Shown: positions 50,228-60,623 of the stretch, piece after piece
Position numbering within the stretch: the first letter of the stretch is position 1
How the letters are laid out: each line of letters begins with the position of its first letter
The notes under the pieces: generated by a model
What the model saw: only the letters and a program-made list of their open reading frames with translations
The model's database searches: none
What the model was told of the DNA's origin: nothing
NCBI GenBank assembly: GCA_951406725.2
Contig: OX597814.1
Coordinates: 77,314,001 to 77,378,000, forward strand
DNA: 64,000 nt
DNA from: Octopus vulgaris
Taxonomy: Eukaryota
Direction: 5' to 3'
Position numbers and translations under genes: made by a program

Positions 50228-51406
50228 ATGGATTTCGACTTGGCGTCGAAGAATGATTTTCCCGCGATGGGAACAAGTGAATTAAAGGACACGGAAGTAA
50301 CAAAACAGTCGTTTTCGGCCGCGGTAGGCGGAACCATGATGGACGTTGAATTCAAGATCGAACAACTGTTCGAATTTAGGAACTTGGTGAAAATGGAAGG
50401 AAACGAAATCAAACTTGTACCGCCGCAGGCGAAGGTACAAGAAATAAAGGAGAAAACAGTTATATATAAAGTGTATAGCTACAAAGAAAAGAAAATTATG
50501 GACGTCAGAAACGAAATGGTCGAAAAGTGCTTGTCCCCGGTGTGGGACAAAATTCGCCATGTCGTTCGAGGTGCTCGCAGCGCTACTGTTGAAGCACATT
50601 TTGACTCGGCTGAGGTAGCAAGAGAGGTGTCATCATTGACCCTGAAAAATGATGAGATCATGCTGCTACCCTCGTACATGGGAAAAAGAACAGCGAAACT
50701 GCTGGTAGAGGACATACCGAGAGGGTACGATATAATGTGGGTAGCAGCGGCGGTCCTGCACAATATAGAGCGGGAAATTTCGATTCTGCAGATGAGAAGG
50801 AAAGAGGAGGTACGCTGGAAGGGACAGACGCTGGAACTCCTCGTCCAGGCAGAAAACAAGATATTAGAGAACCTGCCCGATAGGATATTCAACGAAGATG
50901 GAACATCCATGAGAGTATCAGTGGAGGGGCGCAGACCTAGATGTTTTAAATGTGGAGAGAAGGGTCACGTCCGCTCGAACTGCATAAAAAAGAAGAAAAC
51001 CAACGAAGCCCCTCCTCAAAGTGCTTCAAACACTGAAGGGGAGAAGGCAGAAAAGGATAACAAGACGACGACAAGCATAGAAACAGAAACGGATTGTACC
51101 GAACAAATGGACTACACACAGGTGACACACAAAAGAAAAAAAGACAACACCCTGGACTCCCCTCCCCAAACAAGGAAAAAATCAGCAAGCACCGCAGACA
51201 TACACACAAAGCAAATCCCCCAGCCCTACCCCCATGGCACTGTATTCATTGGGAAACAGTTCGCCAAGCCCCTCCCCATAAAACAAGATGTGAAAAAGTC
51301 TTTAAAAAAAATGATAAGATCATTGCTTTTGATGAAAAAAACGAAAGGGTATATAAATACTATAAATTTTCAAAATTTAAATTATATAGCAAGGCTACAG
51401 ACATAA
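50228..51406 (+). CDS. Tx1 ORF1 (gag-like, zinc knuckle); probably extends to 51660 through a frameshift
   Basis: CFKCGEKGHVRSNC at 50942-50983. The overlapping -1 frame is open from 51094 to 51660. Confidence 0.8.
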   Translation: MDFDLASKNDFPAMGTSELKDTEVTKQSFSAAVGGTMMDVEFKIEQLFEFRNLVKMEGNEIKLVPPQAKVQEIKEKTVIYKVYSYKEKKIMDVRNEMVEKCLSPVWDKIRHVVRGARSATVEAHFDSAEVAREVSSLTLKNDEIMLLPSYMGKRTAKLLVEDIPRGYDIMWVAAAVLHNIEREISILQMRRKEEVRWKGQTLELLVQAENKILENLPDRIFNEDGTSMRVSVEGRRPRCFKCGEKGHVRSNCIKKKKTNEAPPQSASNTEGEKAEKDNKTTTSIETETDCTEQMDYTQVTHKRKKDNTLDSPPQTRKKSASTADIHTKQIPQPYPHGTVFIGKQFAKPLPIKQDVKKSLKKMIRSLLLMKKTKGYINTINFQNLNYIARLQT

Positions 51407-51687
51407 AAGCAACCACTCGCTTCGCAAAAATAAAGGAAGACGAGTGGAAGGAGGAAGTTCTACAAGAACATCTAAAGAATAGACTGATTAGAGATGTAAC
51501 AAAAGAAGTTCTGGAGGGTAAACTCGTTATAACCCCGGCAACCACACCAACCCAGAGCCCGGTGGCAACGCCGGTTAAGAGCCCTGCAGCTACGACCTCA
51601 AGGGAGGAAGAAGGGGAAGCGGGCAGATTTAAACTGTCATGCTCCCTTTCTCAACCGTAAGTTCATTTATTTTTTCTCTCACCGACA

Positions 51688-52587
51688 ATGGCTAAGCTGG
51701 GTTGTGTGAATGTACGTGGAATGGGGTCGAAACGGAAACAAATTTGTTTCCTGAACGACCTCACGACACATGGAGTAGACATAGCTATTGCAACCGAGTC
51801 CAAGATGAACGAGGCCCAAGCGTTCTCGCCTCTTCTAAATGGGTTCGAGAAATTTATTTCTCCTAGCCGAGGAAGAGGCAGAGGCGTGGCAGTCCTTATC
51901 AGGAAGAGCTTGGACTTGCAGGTAAGTACTGTCTTTCTGGACCCAGAAGGCAGGCTGGTTGTTCTGGATGTGACCCACGTAAGTAAACAGTCCTTCAGGT
52001 TGGTAGCTGTCTACGCTCCGAACGAGGGTAAACAGACGGGTTTTTTTCGGAACCTGGAGCCCTTTTTAGCGACGTCGAAAACGGTAATCCTAGTAGGGGA
52101 CTTTAACACTGTCCTTGAAGCGCGGGTCGACAGTGTTGGCTCAACCAATAGGAAGGGGAACCCTAGCCTCAAGGGTCTACTAGAGAGCTTTGATCTAGTG
52201 GACCGTTACCGACTGGATGAGCCGAGCGTTCCACAGTGGACGTGGAGTAACAACGACGGCTCACACAGATCGTATCTAGATAGGATATTTATTAAGAAAA
52301 GAGATAAGGATACATTTAGTTGTCCACAGTTTCACATTGTGCCTTACACGGATCACAAATTTGTGACGTGTAGGATGCAATTAGACAAGTGTCATAGACA
52401 GGGACCCGGGTACTGGAAGCTGAACAAGGCTATTTTGAATTGTGAAGACTTCCGTACCCGGATTAAGGTGTTAGTACAGAGGGCATTGTGTGGCACCATC
52501 ATTAACAATAGATGGTGGCACTCCCTCAAAAGAGCCATTCGTTCAGAGTCCATTAGATTTAGCAATCAGCTAAGGATAGATAGATAG
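51688..52587 (+). CDS. Tx1 ORF2 N-part: apurinic-like endonuclease
   Basis: Motifs NVRG, TESK, VYAPN, GDFN, YLDRIF and TDH. Ends at a TAG within (GATA)n. Confidence 0.9.
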   Translation: MAKLGCVNVRGMGSKRKQICFLNDLTTHGVDIAIATESKMNEAQAFSPLLNGFEKFISPSRGRGRGVAVLIRKSLDLQVSTVFLDPEGRLVVLDVTHVSKQSFRLVAVYAPNEGKQTGFFRNLEPFLATSKTVILVGDFNTVLEARVDSVGSTNRKGNPSLKGLLESFDLVDRYRLDEPSVPQWTWSNNDGSHRSYLDRIFIKKRDKDTFSCPQFHIVPYTDHKFVTCRMQLDKCHRQGPGYWKLNKAILNCEDFRTRIKVLVQRALCGTIINNRWWHSLKRAIRSESIRFSNQLRIDR

Positions 52588-52619
52588 AGGACGATTTAGT
52601 TAAGAATCTAAACGAGGCA

Positions 52620-55070
52620 ATGGAAGCTGGCTCTGCATCCGGAGTGATGGCGGCAAGGACGGTATTGTACCGTCACCTTAACTCCAAACACGAAGGTTGC
52701 AGAGTCAGAGCTAAGCTACGCGCTGGGAAACGAGAAGGTATTAACGTTGCCGGATGGGCCCGTCGAGTGGAGAGTCAGAGAGGTAACAAAGCCTCAATCA
52801 AGTCTTTAACTGACGAACAGGGACAAAAGATCTATGGACAGGAGGAGATGCAAAAGTTTCTTCACCAGCATTTCGCCCGCGCGTTCGGGGGTGGTGTGGC
52901 GCCGGAGCGGGGGAGGACCTTAAAGGACTTCCTGGCCGGCGGACCGCGGCTCTCGGGGCGTGAGGTGGAGTGCTGTGAAGAAGCGATCACTCCCGCGGAG
53001 ATAGAGGGGATACTGGCCGGATGCGCCGGGGAGAAGTCGCCGGGGTTGGATGGTCTGCCCTACGAGTTTTACCAAAGTATGCCGGACTTGTTCGGGGGAA
53101 TACTGGCGGGCGTCTACACGAACTGGCAGCAGAATGGGAGAATTCCCAGTTCTGTAAGCCGGGGAGTGGTGACGCTAATCCAGAAAGACCCGAGCAAGGG
53201 GGATAACATCAGTAACTACAGGCCCATAACTCTACTTAATGTAGAGTTAAAGATTTTGGCCAAGGTGTTGGCAAAAAGGTTGACGGTTGTCGTGGAGAAA
53301 CTTGTAGGGAGAGCACAGACATGTGCAATTCCAGGCAGGTCGATCCAGGACAACCTTCACCTTATACGCTACACCTTAGATAGGGTGGGTAAATTAGCCG
53401 GCAAGGGCGGGGTAATGGTCCATTTAGACCAAAGTAAAGCCTTCGATAGGGTAGACCATGGGTACCTGGCGACGGTCCTCGAAGCGGCTGGGCTGGGCCC
53501 TGAATTTCGCGGGTGGATCTCCGCTATGTATAGCGGCATCAAGTCCACCGTCCAGATAAACGGTTACCTAACGGAACCGTTTTCGATCGAGTGTTCAGTG
53601 CGTCAGGGGTGCCCCTTGTCACCACTTATGTACGTATTGGCTCTTAAGCCATTGCTGCGAAAGTTGGAGAGGCTGGGGAGTAACTCGGATGAAATCGGAG
53701 GTGGGAGGACGGTTACTGCTTATGCGGATGACGTCACCCTCATCGTGTCCAAAGAGGCCCAACTACCTTGTGTAGAGGAGGCTATCAGAGGATACGAGGC
53801 GGTGGCAGGAGCAAAGGTTAACAAGGACAAATCGGTCGGCTTGCACCTCGGCACCTGGAGGAGCAAGTCGATATCGTCCAGTGTCGTGGGACACTGGACG
53901 GATGGCCCTGTTAAGTTGCTGGGAGTTTGGTTTGGGCCAGACTCCCAAACGGAGAAGAACTGGAGTGAGGTGACAAGCAAGGTGGAAGCCATAGTACGGA
54001 CCTGGTCCGGAAGGTTTCTGTCCTTGAAAGGAAAGGCGGAGGTGGTGCAGATGTTCATTGCATCTGTAATCACTTACCGCCTGACCGTTGTCCCTTGCCC
54101 CGATTCATGGCTTAACAAGTTGGAGCGAATCCTTTTCCGCTTTTTGTGGAAAGGAGGAAGGCCACTTGTGAGGCGCTCCGTTTGCTGCCAGGAACCGTTA
54201 AAGGGTGGGTTAGGAATGCCTTGGTTGATGATGCGCAGACATGCGTTGAGGCTAAGGCATCTCTGGCACCACCTGGAGGGTGATAAGGTGTGGAGTCCGC
54301 TGGCAGGGGGATTTTTCCCGAGACCGGCCTCCTTAGTGAATTTTAAACCCGGTTACATCAAAAGATGGAAACTGACTCCATGGCAAAAGGAGTGCCGACA
54401 GGCACTCACGCTGATCCACAAGGCGGGCAAGGCCGGCTGCGGAAATACCACCTCGGTATTTTATAGAAAGCTGGTAGAGGAAAAAAACGACGACGTCCTA
54501 GGAGGGGCTCTGGGGTTTGACGAAGACCAGCTTACCAACCTGTTTAAAAAAACTTTCAGGTCGGGGTATTTGGATAATTTCCAAAGATCCCTGGCCTGGC
54601 AGTGCTATAGGAATGCTTTACCTGTTCGCGAGAAGTTATCGCGGCACGGAGTTTCAGTGCCACCGACGTGTCCAAGGTGCGAGTTGGACGATGAAACCGT
54701 CCAGCACGCTTTTGTTCACTGTCGGAAGTTGTCCGACTTGATAAGTTACGCAGAACACGTGTTATCGCATCTGGGACGAGTACAGCTGTCGGCTGAGTCT
54801 ATGATTAAGATGATACCGCCAACTGGACTCTCGAAGGAAGGTGAGGCATGTTTTCACTGCACGGTTGCAGTAGTAAAAGAATGTATGTGGAGAACAAGAA
54901 TGGAAGGAGCCGCGATAGGATCCTTTGTCTCCGGCCCCGGCTTGCTCACTTACTTCAGATATCATCTGAAGAGCAAAATGGGGCTGGAAAAGAGGATCTT
55001 ACCACGGGGTGTGTATGAGAAAAGATGGAAGGAAGTGGAAAAAAAGGTGGGTGTCAGAAACCCAGCTTGA
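52620..55070 (+). CDS. Tx1 ORF2 C-part: reverse transcriptase and C-terminal zinc-binding motif
   Basis: Motifs SPGLDGLP, YRPITLLN, DQSKAFDRV, RQGCPLSP, AYADD and CPRC...ETVQHAFVHC. Confidence 0.92.
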   Translation: MEAGSASGVMAARTVLYRHLNSKHEGCRVRAKLRAGKREGINVAGWARRVESQRGNKASIKSLTDEQGQKIYGQEEMQKFLHQHFARAFGGGVAPERGRTLKDFLAGGPRLSGREVECCEEAITPAEIEGILAGCAGEKSPGLDGLPYEFYQSMPDLFGGILAGVYTNWQQNGRIPSSVSRGVVTLIQKDPSKGDNISNYRPITLLNVELKILAKVLAKRLTVVVEKLVGRAQTCAIPGRSIQDNLHLIRYTLDRVGKLAGKGGVMVHLDQSKAFDRVDHGYLATVLEAAGLGPEFRGWISAMYSGIKSTVQINGYLTEPFSIECSVRQGCPLSPLMYVLALKPLLRKLERLGSNSDEIGGGRTVTAYADDVTLIVSKEAQLPCVEEAIRGYEAVAGAKVNKDKSVGLHLGTWRSKSISSSVVGHWTDGPVKLLGVWFGPDSQTEKNWSEVTSKVEAIVRTWSGRFLSLKGKAEVVQMFIASVITYRLTVVPCPDSWLNKLERILFRFLWKGGRPLVRRSVCCQEPLKGGLGMPWLMMRRHALRLRHLWHHLEGDKVWSPLAGGFFPRPASLVNFKPGYIKRWKLTPWQKECRQALTLIHKAGKAGCGNTTSVFYRKLVEEKNDDVLGGALGFDEDQLTNLFKKTFRSGYLDNFQRSLAWQCYRNALPVREKLSRHGVSVPPTCPRCELDDETVQHAFVHCRKLSDLISYAEHVLSHLGRVQLSAESMIKMIPPTGLSKEGEACFHCTVAVVKECMWRTRMEGAAIGSFVSGPGLLTYFRYHLKSKMGLEKRILPRGVYEKRWKEVEKKVGVRNPA

Positions 55071-55530
55071 CCATGGAGGAAGGAGAGGAAATAAAAGCTG
55101 CAGGGCCTCATAAATTGCCGGGGTGTAAAAACTCCAGTGAGATTATAAGTTCATGTACTGTTGTGTGTTCTACTGGTCATATAAAGGACATTTATGTTAT
55201 AATGAATAATCCAAATGTAAATGAAAATTTTTAATCGAATCTCTTAAATGTTTTTTTTTGTATGTATGTCCTGTATTTGTCCTTCTGTGTAATCGATTTT
55301 TATAATCATAATAAAGAAATACCCCATCCACTCGCTACCTTTCATCTGCGTTTTGAGAAATTTGCTGCCTTTTGTTGAGAGAGTTCGAATTTTTGCTCAT
55401 CGTTGTTTGTGTTAATTGTTATTTGAACAGTGCCCGTTGTGTAACGGTAATTTTCGCCCTACGGGGCAGAAAATTCTGTATTTAAAATTGTTATTACCTT
55501 CGAGGTAATTTTTGAAACATTTTTTGAGAA

Positions 55531-56583
55531 ATGGATTTCGACTTGGCGTCGAAGAATGATTTTCCCGCGATGGGAACAAGTGAATTAAAGGACACGGAAG
55601 TAACAAAACAGTCGTTTTCGGCCGCGGTAGGCGGAACCATGATGGACGTTGAATTCAAGATCGAACAACTGTTCGAATTTAGGAACTTGGTGAAAATGGA
55701 AGGAAACGAAATCAAACTTGTACCGCCGCAGGCGAAGGTACAAGAAATAAAGGAGAAAACAGTTATATATAAAGTGTATAGCTACAAAGAAAAGAAAATT
55801 ATGGACGTCAGAAACGAAATGGTCGAAAAGTGCTTGTCCCCGGTGTGGGACAAAATTCGCCATGTCGTTCGAGGTGCTCGCAGCGCTACTGTTGAAGCAC
55901 ATTTTGACTCGGCTGAGGTAGCAAGAGAGGTGTCATCATTGACCCTGAAAAATGATGAGATCATGCTGCTACCCTCGTACATGGGAAAAAGAACAGCGAA
56001 ACTGCTGGTAGAGGACATACCGAGAGGGTACGATATAATGTGGGTAGCAGCGGCGGTCCTGCACAATATAGAGCGGGAAATTTCGATTCTGCAGATGAGA
56101 AGGAAAGAGGAGGTACGCTGGAAGGGACAGACGCTGGAACTCCTCGTCCAGGCAGAAAACAAGATATTAGAGAACCTGCCCGATAGGATATTCAACGAAG
56201 ATGGAACATCCATGAGAGTATCAGTGGAGGGGCGCAGACCTAGATGTTTTAAATGTGGAGAGAAGGGTCACGTCCGCTCGAACTGCATAAAAAAGAAGAA
56301 AACCAACGAAGCCCCTCCTCAAAGTGCTTCAAACACTGAAGGGGAGAAGGCAGAAAAGGATAACAAGACGACGACAAGCATAGAAACAGAAACGGATTGT
56401 ACCGAACAAATGGACTACACACAGGTGACACACAAAAGAAAAAAGACAACACCCTGGACTCCCCTCCCCAAACAAGGAAAAAATCAGCAAGCACCGCAGA
56501 CATACACACAAAGCAAATCCCCCAGCCCTACCCCCATGGCACTGTATTCATTGGGAAACAGTTCGCCAAGCCCCTCCCCATAA
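55531..56583 (+). CDS. Tx1 ORF1, copy 2 (frameshifted C-terminus)
   Basis: Identical to copy 1 up to HKRKK. Confidence 0.75.
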   Translation: MDFDLASKNDFPAMGTSELKDTEVTKQSFSAAVGGTMMDVEFKIEQLFEFRNLVKMEGNEIKLVPPQAKVQEIKEKTVIYKVYSYKEKKIMDVRNEMVEKCLSPVWDKIRHVVRGARSATVEAHFDSAEVAREVSSLTLKNDEIMLLPSYMGKRTAKLLVEDIPRGYDIMWVAAAVLHNIEREISILQMRRKEEVRWKGQTLELLVQAENKILENLPDRIFNEDGTSMRVSVEGRRPRCFKCGEKGHVRSNCIKKKKTNEAPPQSASNTEGEKAEKDNKTTTSIETETDCTEQMDYTQVTHKRKKTTPWTPLPKQGKNQQAPQTYTQSKSPSPTPMALYSLGNSSPSPSP

Positions 56584-56989
56584 AACAAGATGTGAAAAAG
56601 TCTTTAAAAAAAATGATAAGATCATTGCTTTTGATGAAAAAAACGAAAGGGTATATAAATACTATAAATTTTCAAAATTTAAATTATATAGCAAGGCTAC
56701 AGACATAAAAGCAACCATTCGCTTCGCAAAAATAAAGGAAGACGAGTGGAAGGAGGAAGTTCTACAAGAACATCTAAAGAATAGACTGATTAGAGATGTA
56801 ACAAAAGAAGTTCTGGAGGGTAAACTCGTTATAACCCCGGCAACCACACCAACCCAGAGCCCGGTGGCAACGCCGGTTAAGAGCCCTGCAGCTACGACCT
56901 CAAGGGAGGAAGAAGGGGAAGCGGGCAGATTTAAACTGTCATGCTCCCTTTCTCAACCGTAAGTTCATTTATTTTTTCTCTCACCGACA

Positions 56990-57889
56990 ATGGCTAAGCT
57001 GGGTTGTGTGAATGTACGTGGAATGGGGTCGAAACGGAAACAAATTTGTTTCCTGAACGACCTCACGACACATGGAGTAGACATAGCTATTGCAACCGAG
57101 TCCAAGATGAACGAGGCCCAAGCGTTCTCGCCTCTTCTAAATGGGTTCGAGAAATTTATTTCTCCTAGCCGAGGAAGAGGCAGAGGCGTGGCAGTCCTTA
57201 TCAGGAAGAGCTTGGACTTGCAGGTAAGTACTGTCTTTCTGGACCCAGAAGGCAGGCTGGTTGTTCTGGATGTGACCCACGTAAGTAAACAGTCCTTCAG
57301 GTTGGTAGCTGTCTACGCTCCGAACGAGGGTAAACAGACGGGTTTTTTTCGGAACCTGGAGCCCTTTTTAGCGACGTCGAAAACGGTAATCCTAGTAGGG
57401 GACTTTAACACTGTCCTTGAAGCGCGGGTCGACAGTGTTGGCTCAACCAATAGGAAGGGGAACCCTAGCCTCAAGGGTCTACTAGAGAGCTTTGATCTAG
57501 TGGACCGTTACCGACTGGATGAGCCGAGCGTTCCACAGTGGACGTGGAGTAACAACGACGGCTCACACAGATCGTATCTAGATAGGATATTTATTAAGAA
57601 AAGAGATAAGGATACATTTAGTTGTCCACAGTTTCACATTGTGCCTTACACGGATCACAAATTTGTGACGTGTAGGATGCAATTAGACAAGTGTCATAGA
57701 CAGGGACCCGGGTACTGGAAGCTGAACAAGGCTATTTTGAATTGTGAAGACTTCCGTACCCGGATTAAGGTGTTAGTACAGAGGGCATTGTGTGGCACCA
57801 TCATTAACAATAGATGGTGGCACTCCCTCAAAAGAGCCATTCGTTCAGAGTCCATTAGATTTAGCAATCAGCTAAGGATAGATAGATAG
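56990..57889 (+). CDS. Tx1 ORF2 endonuclease, copy 2
   Basis: Same 299-aa protein as copy 1. Confidence 0.9.
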   Translation: MAKLGCVNVRGMGSKRKQICFLNDLTTHGVDIAIATESKMNEAQAFSPLLNGFEKFISPSRGRGRGVAVLIRKSLDLQVSTVFLDPEGRLVVLDVTHVSKQSFRLVAVYAPNEGKQTGFFRNLEPFLATSKTVILVGDFNTVLEARVDSVGSTNRKGNPSLKGLLESFDLVDRYRLDEPSVPQWTWSNNDGSHRSYLDRIFIKKRDKDTFSCPQFHIVPYTDHKFVTCRMQLDKCHRQGPGYWKLNKAILNCEDFRTRIKVLVQRALCGTIINNRWWHSLKRAIRSESIRFSNQLRIDR

Positions 57890-57923
57890 AGAGGACGATT
57901 TAGTTAAGAATCTAAACGAGGCA

Positions 57924-60372
57924 ATGGAAGCTGGCTCTGCATCCGGAGTGATGGCGGCAAGGACGGTATTGTACCGTCACCTTAACTCCAAACACGAAGG
58001 TTGCAGAGTCAGAGCTAAGCTACGCGCTGGGAAACGAGAAGGTATTAACGTTGCCGGATGGGCCCGTCGAGTGGAGAGTCAGAGAGGTAACAAAGCCTCA
58101 ATCAAGTCTTTAACTGACGAACAGGGACAAAAGATCTATGGACAGGAGGAGATGCAAAAGTTTCTTCACCAGCATTTCGCCCGCGCGTTCGGGGGTGGTG
58201 TGGCGCCGGAGCGGGGGAGGACCTTAAAGGACTTCCTGGCCGGCGGACCGCGGCTCTCGGGGCGTGAGGTGGAGTGCTGTGAAGAAGCGATCACTCCCGC
58301 GGAGATAGAGGGGATACTGGCCGGATGCGCCGGGGAGAAGTCGCCGGGGTTGGATGGTCTGCCCTACGAGTTTTACCAAAGTATGCCAGACTTGTTCGGG
58401 GGAATACTGGCAGGCGTCTACACGAACTGGCAGCAGAATGGGAGAATTCCCAGTTCTGTAAGCCGGGGAGTGGTGACGCTAATCCAGAAAGACCCGAGCA
58501 AGGGGGATAATATCAGTAACTACAGGCCCATAACTCTACTTAATGTAGAGTTAAAGATTTTGGCCAAGGTGTTGGCAAAAAGGTTGACGGTTGTCGTGGA
58601 GAAACTTGTAGGGAGAGCACAGACATGTGCAATTCCAGGCAGGTCGATCCAGGACAACCTTCACCTTATACGCTACACCTTAGATAGGGTGGGTAAATTA
58701 GCCGGCAAGGGCGGGGTAATGGTCCATTTAGACCAAAGTAAAGCCTTCGATAGGGTAGACCATGGGTACCTGGCGACGGTCCTCGAAGCGGCTGGACTGG
58801 GCCCTGAATTTCGCGGGTGGATCTCCGCTATGTATAGCGGCATCAAGTCCACCGTCCAGATAAACGGTTACCTAACGGAACCGTTTTCGATCGAGTGTTC
58901 AGTGCGTCAAGGGTGCCCCTTGTCACCACTTTTGTACGTATTGGCTCTTGAGCCATTGCTGCGAAAGTTGGAGAGGCTGGGGAGTAACTCGGATGAAATC
59001 GGAGGTGGGAGGACGGTTACTGCTTATGCGGATGACGTCACCCTCATCGTGTCCAAAGGCCCAACTACCTTGTGTAGAGGAGGCTATCAGAGGATACGAG
59101 GCGGTGGCAGGAGCAAAGGTTAACAAGGACAAATCGGTTGGCTTGCACCTCGGCACCTGGAGGAGCAAGTCGATATCGTCCAGTGTCGTGGGACACTGGA
59201 CGGATGGCCCTGTTAAGTTGCTGGGAGTTTGGTTTGGGCCAGACTCCCAAACGGAGAAGAACTGGAGTGAGGTGACAAGCAAGGTGGAAGCCATAGTACG
59301 GACCTGGTCCGGAAGGTTTCTGTCCTTGAAAGGAAAGGCGGAGGTGGTGCAGATGTTCATTGCATCTGTAATCACTTACCGCCTGACCGTTGTCCCTTGC
59401 CCCGATTCATGGCTTAACAAGTTGGAGCGAATCCTTTTCCGCTTTTTGTGGAAAGGAGGAAAGCCACTTGTGAGGCGCTCCGTTTGCTGCCAGGAACCGT
59501 TAAAGGGTGGGTTAGGAATGCCTTGGTTGATGATGCGCAGACATGCGTTGAGGCTAAGGCATCTCTGGCACCACCTGGAGGGTGATAAGGTGTGGAGTCC
59601 GCTGGCAGGGGGATTTTTCCCGAGACCGGCCTCCTTAGTGAATTTTAAACCCGGTTACATCAAAAGATGGAAACTGACTCCATGGCAAAAGGAGTGCCGA
59701 CAGGCACTCACGCTGATCCACAAGGCGGGCAAGGCCGGCTGCGGAAATACCACCTCGGTATTTTATAGAAAGCTGGTAGAGGAAAAAAACGACGACGTCC
59801 TAGGAGGGGCTCTGGGGTTTGACGAAGACCAGCTTACCAACCTGTTTAAAAAAACTTTCAGGTCGGGGTATTTGGATAATTTCCAAAGATCCCTGGCCTG
59901 GCAGTGCTATAGGAATGCTTTACCTGTTCGCGAGAAGTTATCGCGGCACGGAGTTTCAGTGCCACCGACGTGTCCAAGGTGCGAGTTGGACGATGAAACC
60001 GTCCAGCACGCTTTTGTTCACTGTCGGAAGTTGTCCGACTTGATAAGTTACGCAGAACACGTGTTATCGCATCTGGGACGAGTACAGCTGTCGGCTGAGT
60101 CTATGATTAAGATGATACCGCCAACTGGACTCTCGAAGGAAGGTGAGGCATGTTTTCACTGCACGGTTGCAGTAGTAAAAGAATGTATGTGGAGAACAAG
60201 AATGGAAGGAGCCGCGATAGGATCCTTTGTCTCCGGCCCCGGCTTGCTCACTTACTTCAGATATCATCTGAAGAGCAAAATGGGGCTGGAAAAGAGGATC
60301 TTACCACGGGGTGTGTATGAGAAAAGATGGAAGGAAGTGGAAAAAAAGGTGGGTGTCAGAAACCCAGCTTGA
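57924..60372 (+). pseudogene. Tx1 ORF2 RT, copy 2, frameshifted just after YADD
   Basis: ORFs 57924-59123 and 58948-60372. The sequence is gtccaaaggccc versus gtccaaagaggccc in copy 1. Confidence 0.8.
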
Positions 60373-60623
60373 CCATGGAGGAAGGAGAGGAAATAAAAGC
60401 TGCAGGGCCTCATAAATTGCCGGGGTGTAAAAACTCCAGTGAGATTATAAGTTCATGTACTGTTGTGTGTTCTACTGGTCATATAAAGGACATTTATGTT
60501 ATAATGAATAATCCAAATGTAAATGAAAATTTTTAATCGAATCTCTTAAATGTTTTTTTTTGTATGTATGTCCTGTATTTGTCCTTCTGTGTAATCGATT
60601 TTTATAATCATAATAAAGAAATA

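Larger units (their letters stand above)
50019..55321 (+). mobile_element. Tx1/L1-clade non-LTR retrotransposon, tandem copy 1 (5303 bp)
   Basis: 5' end ccccatccactcgctacc, ORF1 with a CCHC knuckle, APE-RT-CCHC ORF2, and 3' end AATAAAgaaata. Confidence 0.92.
55322..60623 (+). mobile_element. Tx1 tandem copy 2 (5302 bp)
   Basis: Near-identical to copy 1. ORF1 has a 1-nt deletion in an A-run (about 56440) and RT has a 2-nt deletion (about 59057). Confidence 0.92.

Noticed and set aside
55297-55321. TATAAT near each Tx1 3' end as a HeT-A-like promoter for the next copy
   Set aside because: It lies only about 21 bp from the junction in an AT-rich polyadenylation region, which is too weak without TSS data.
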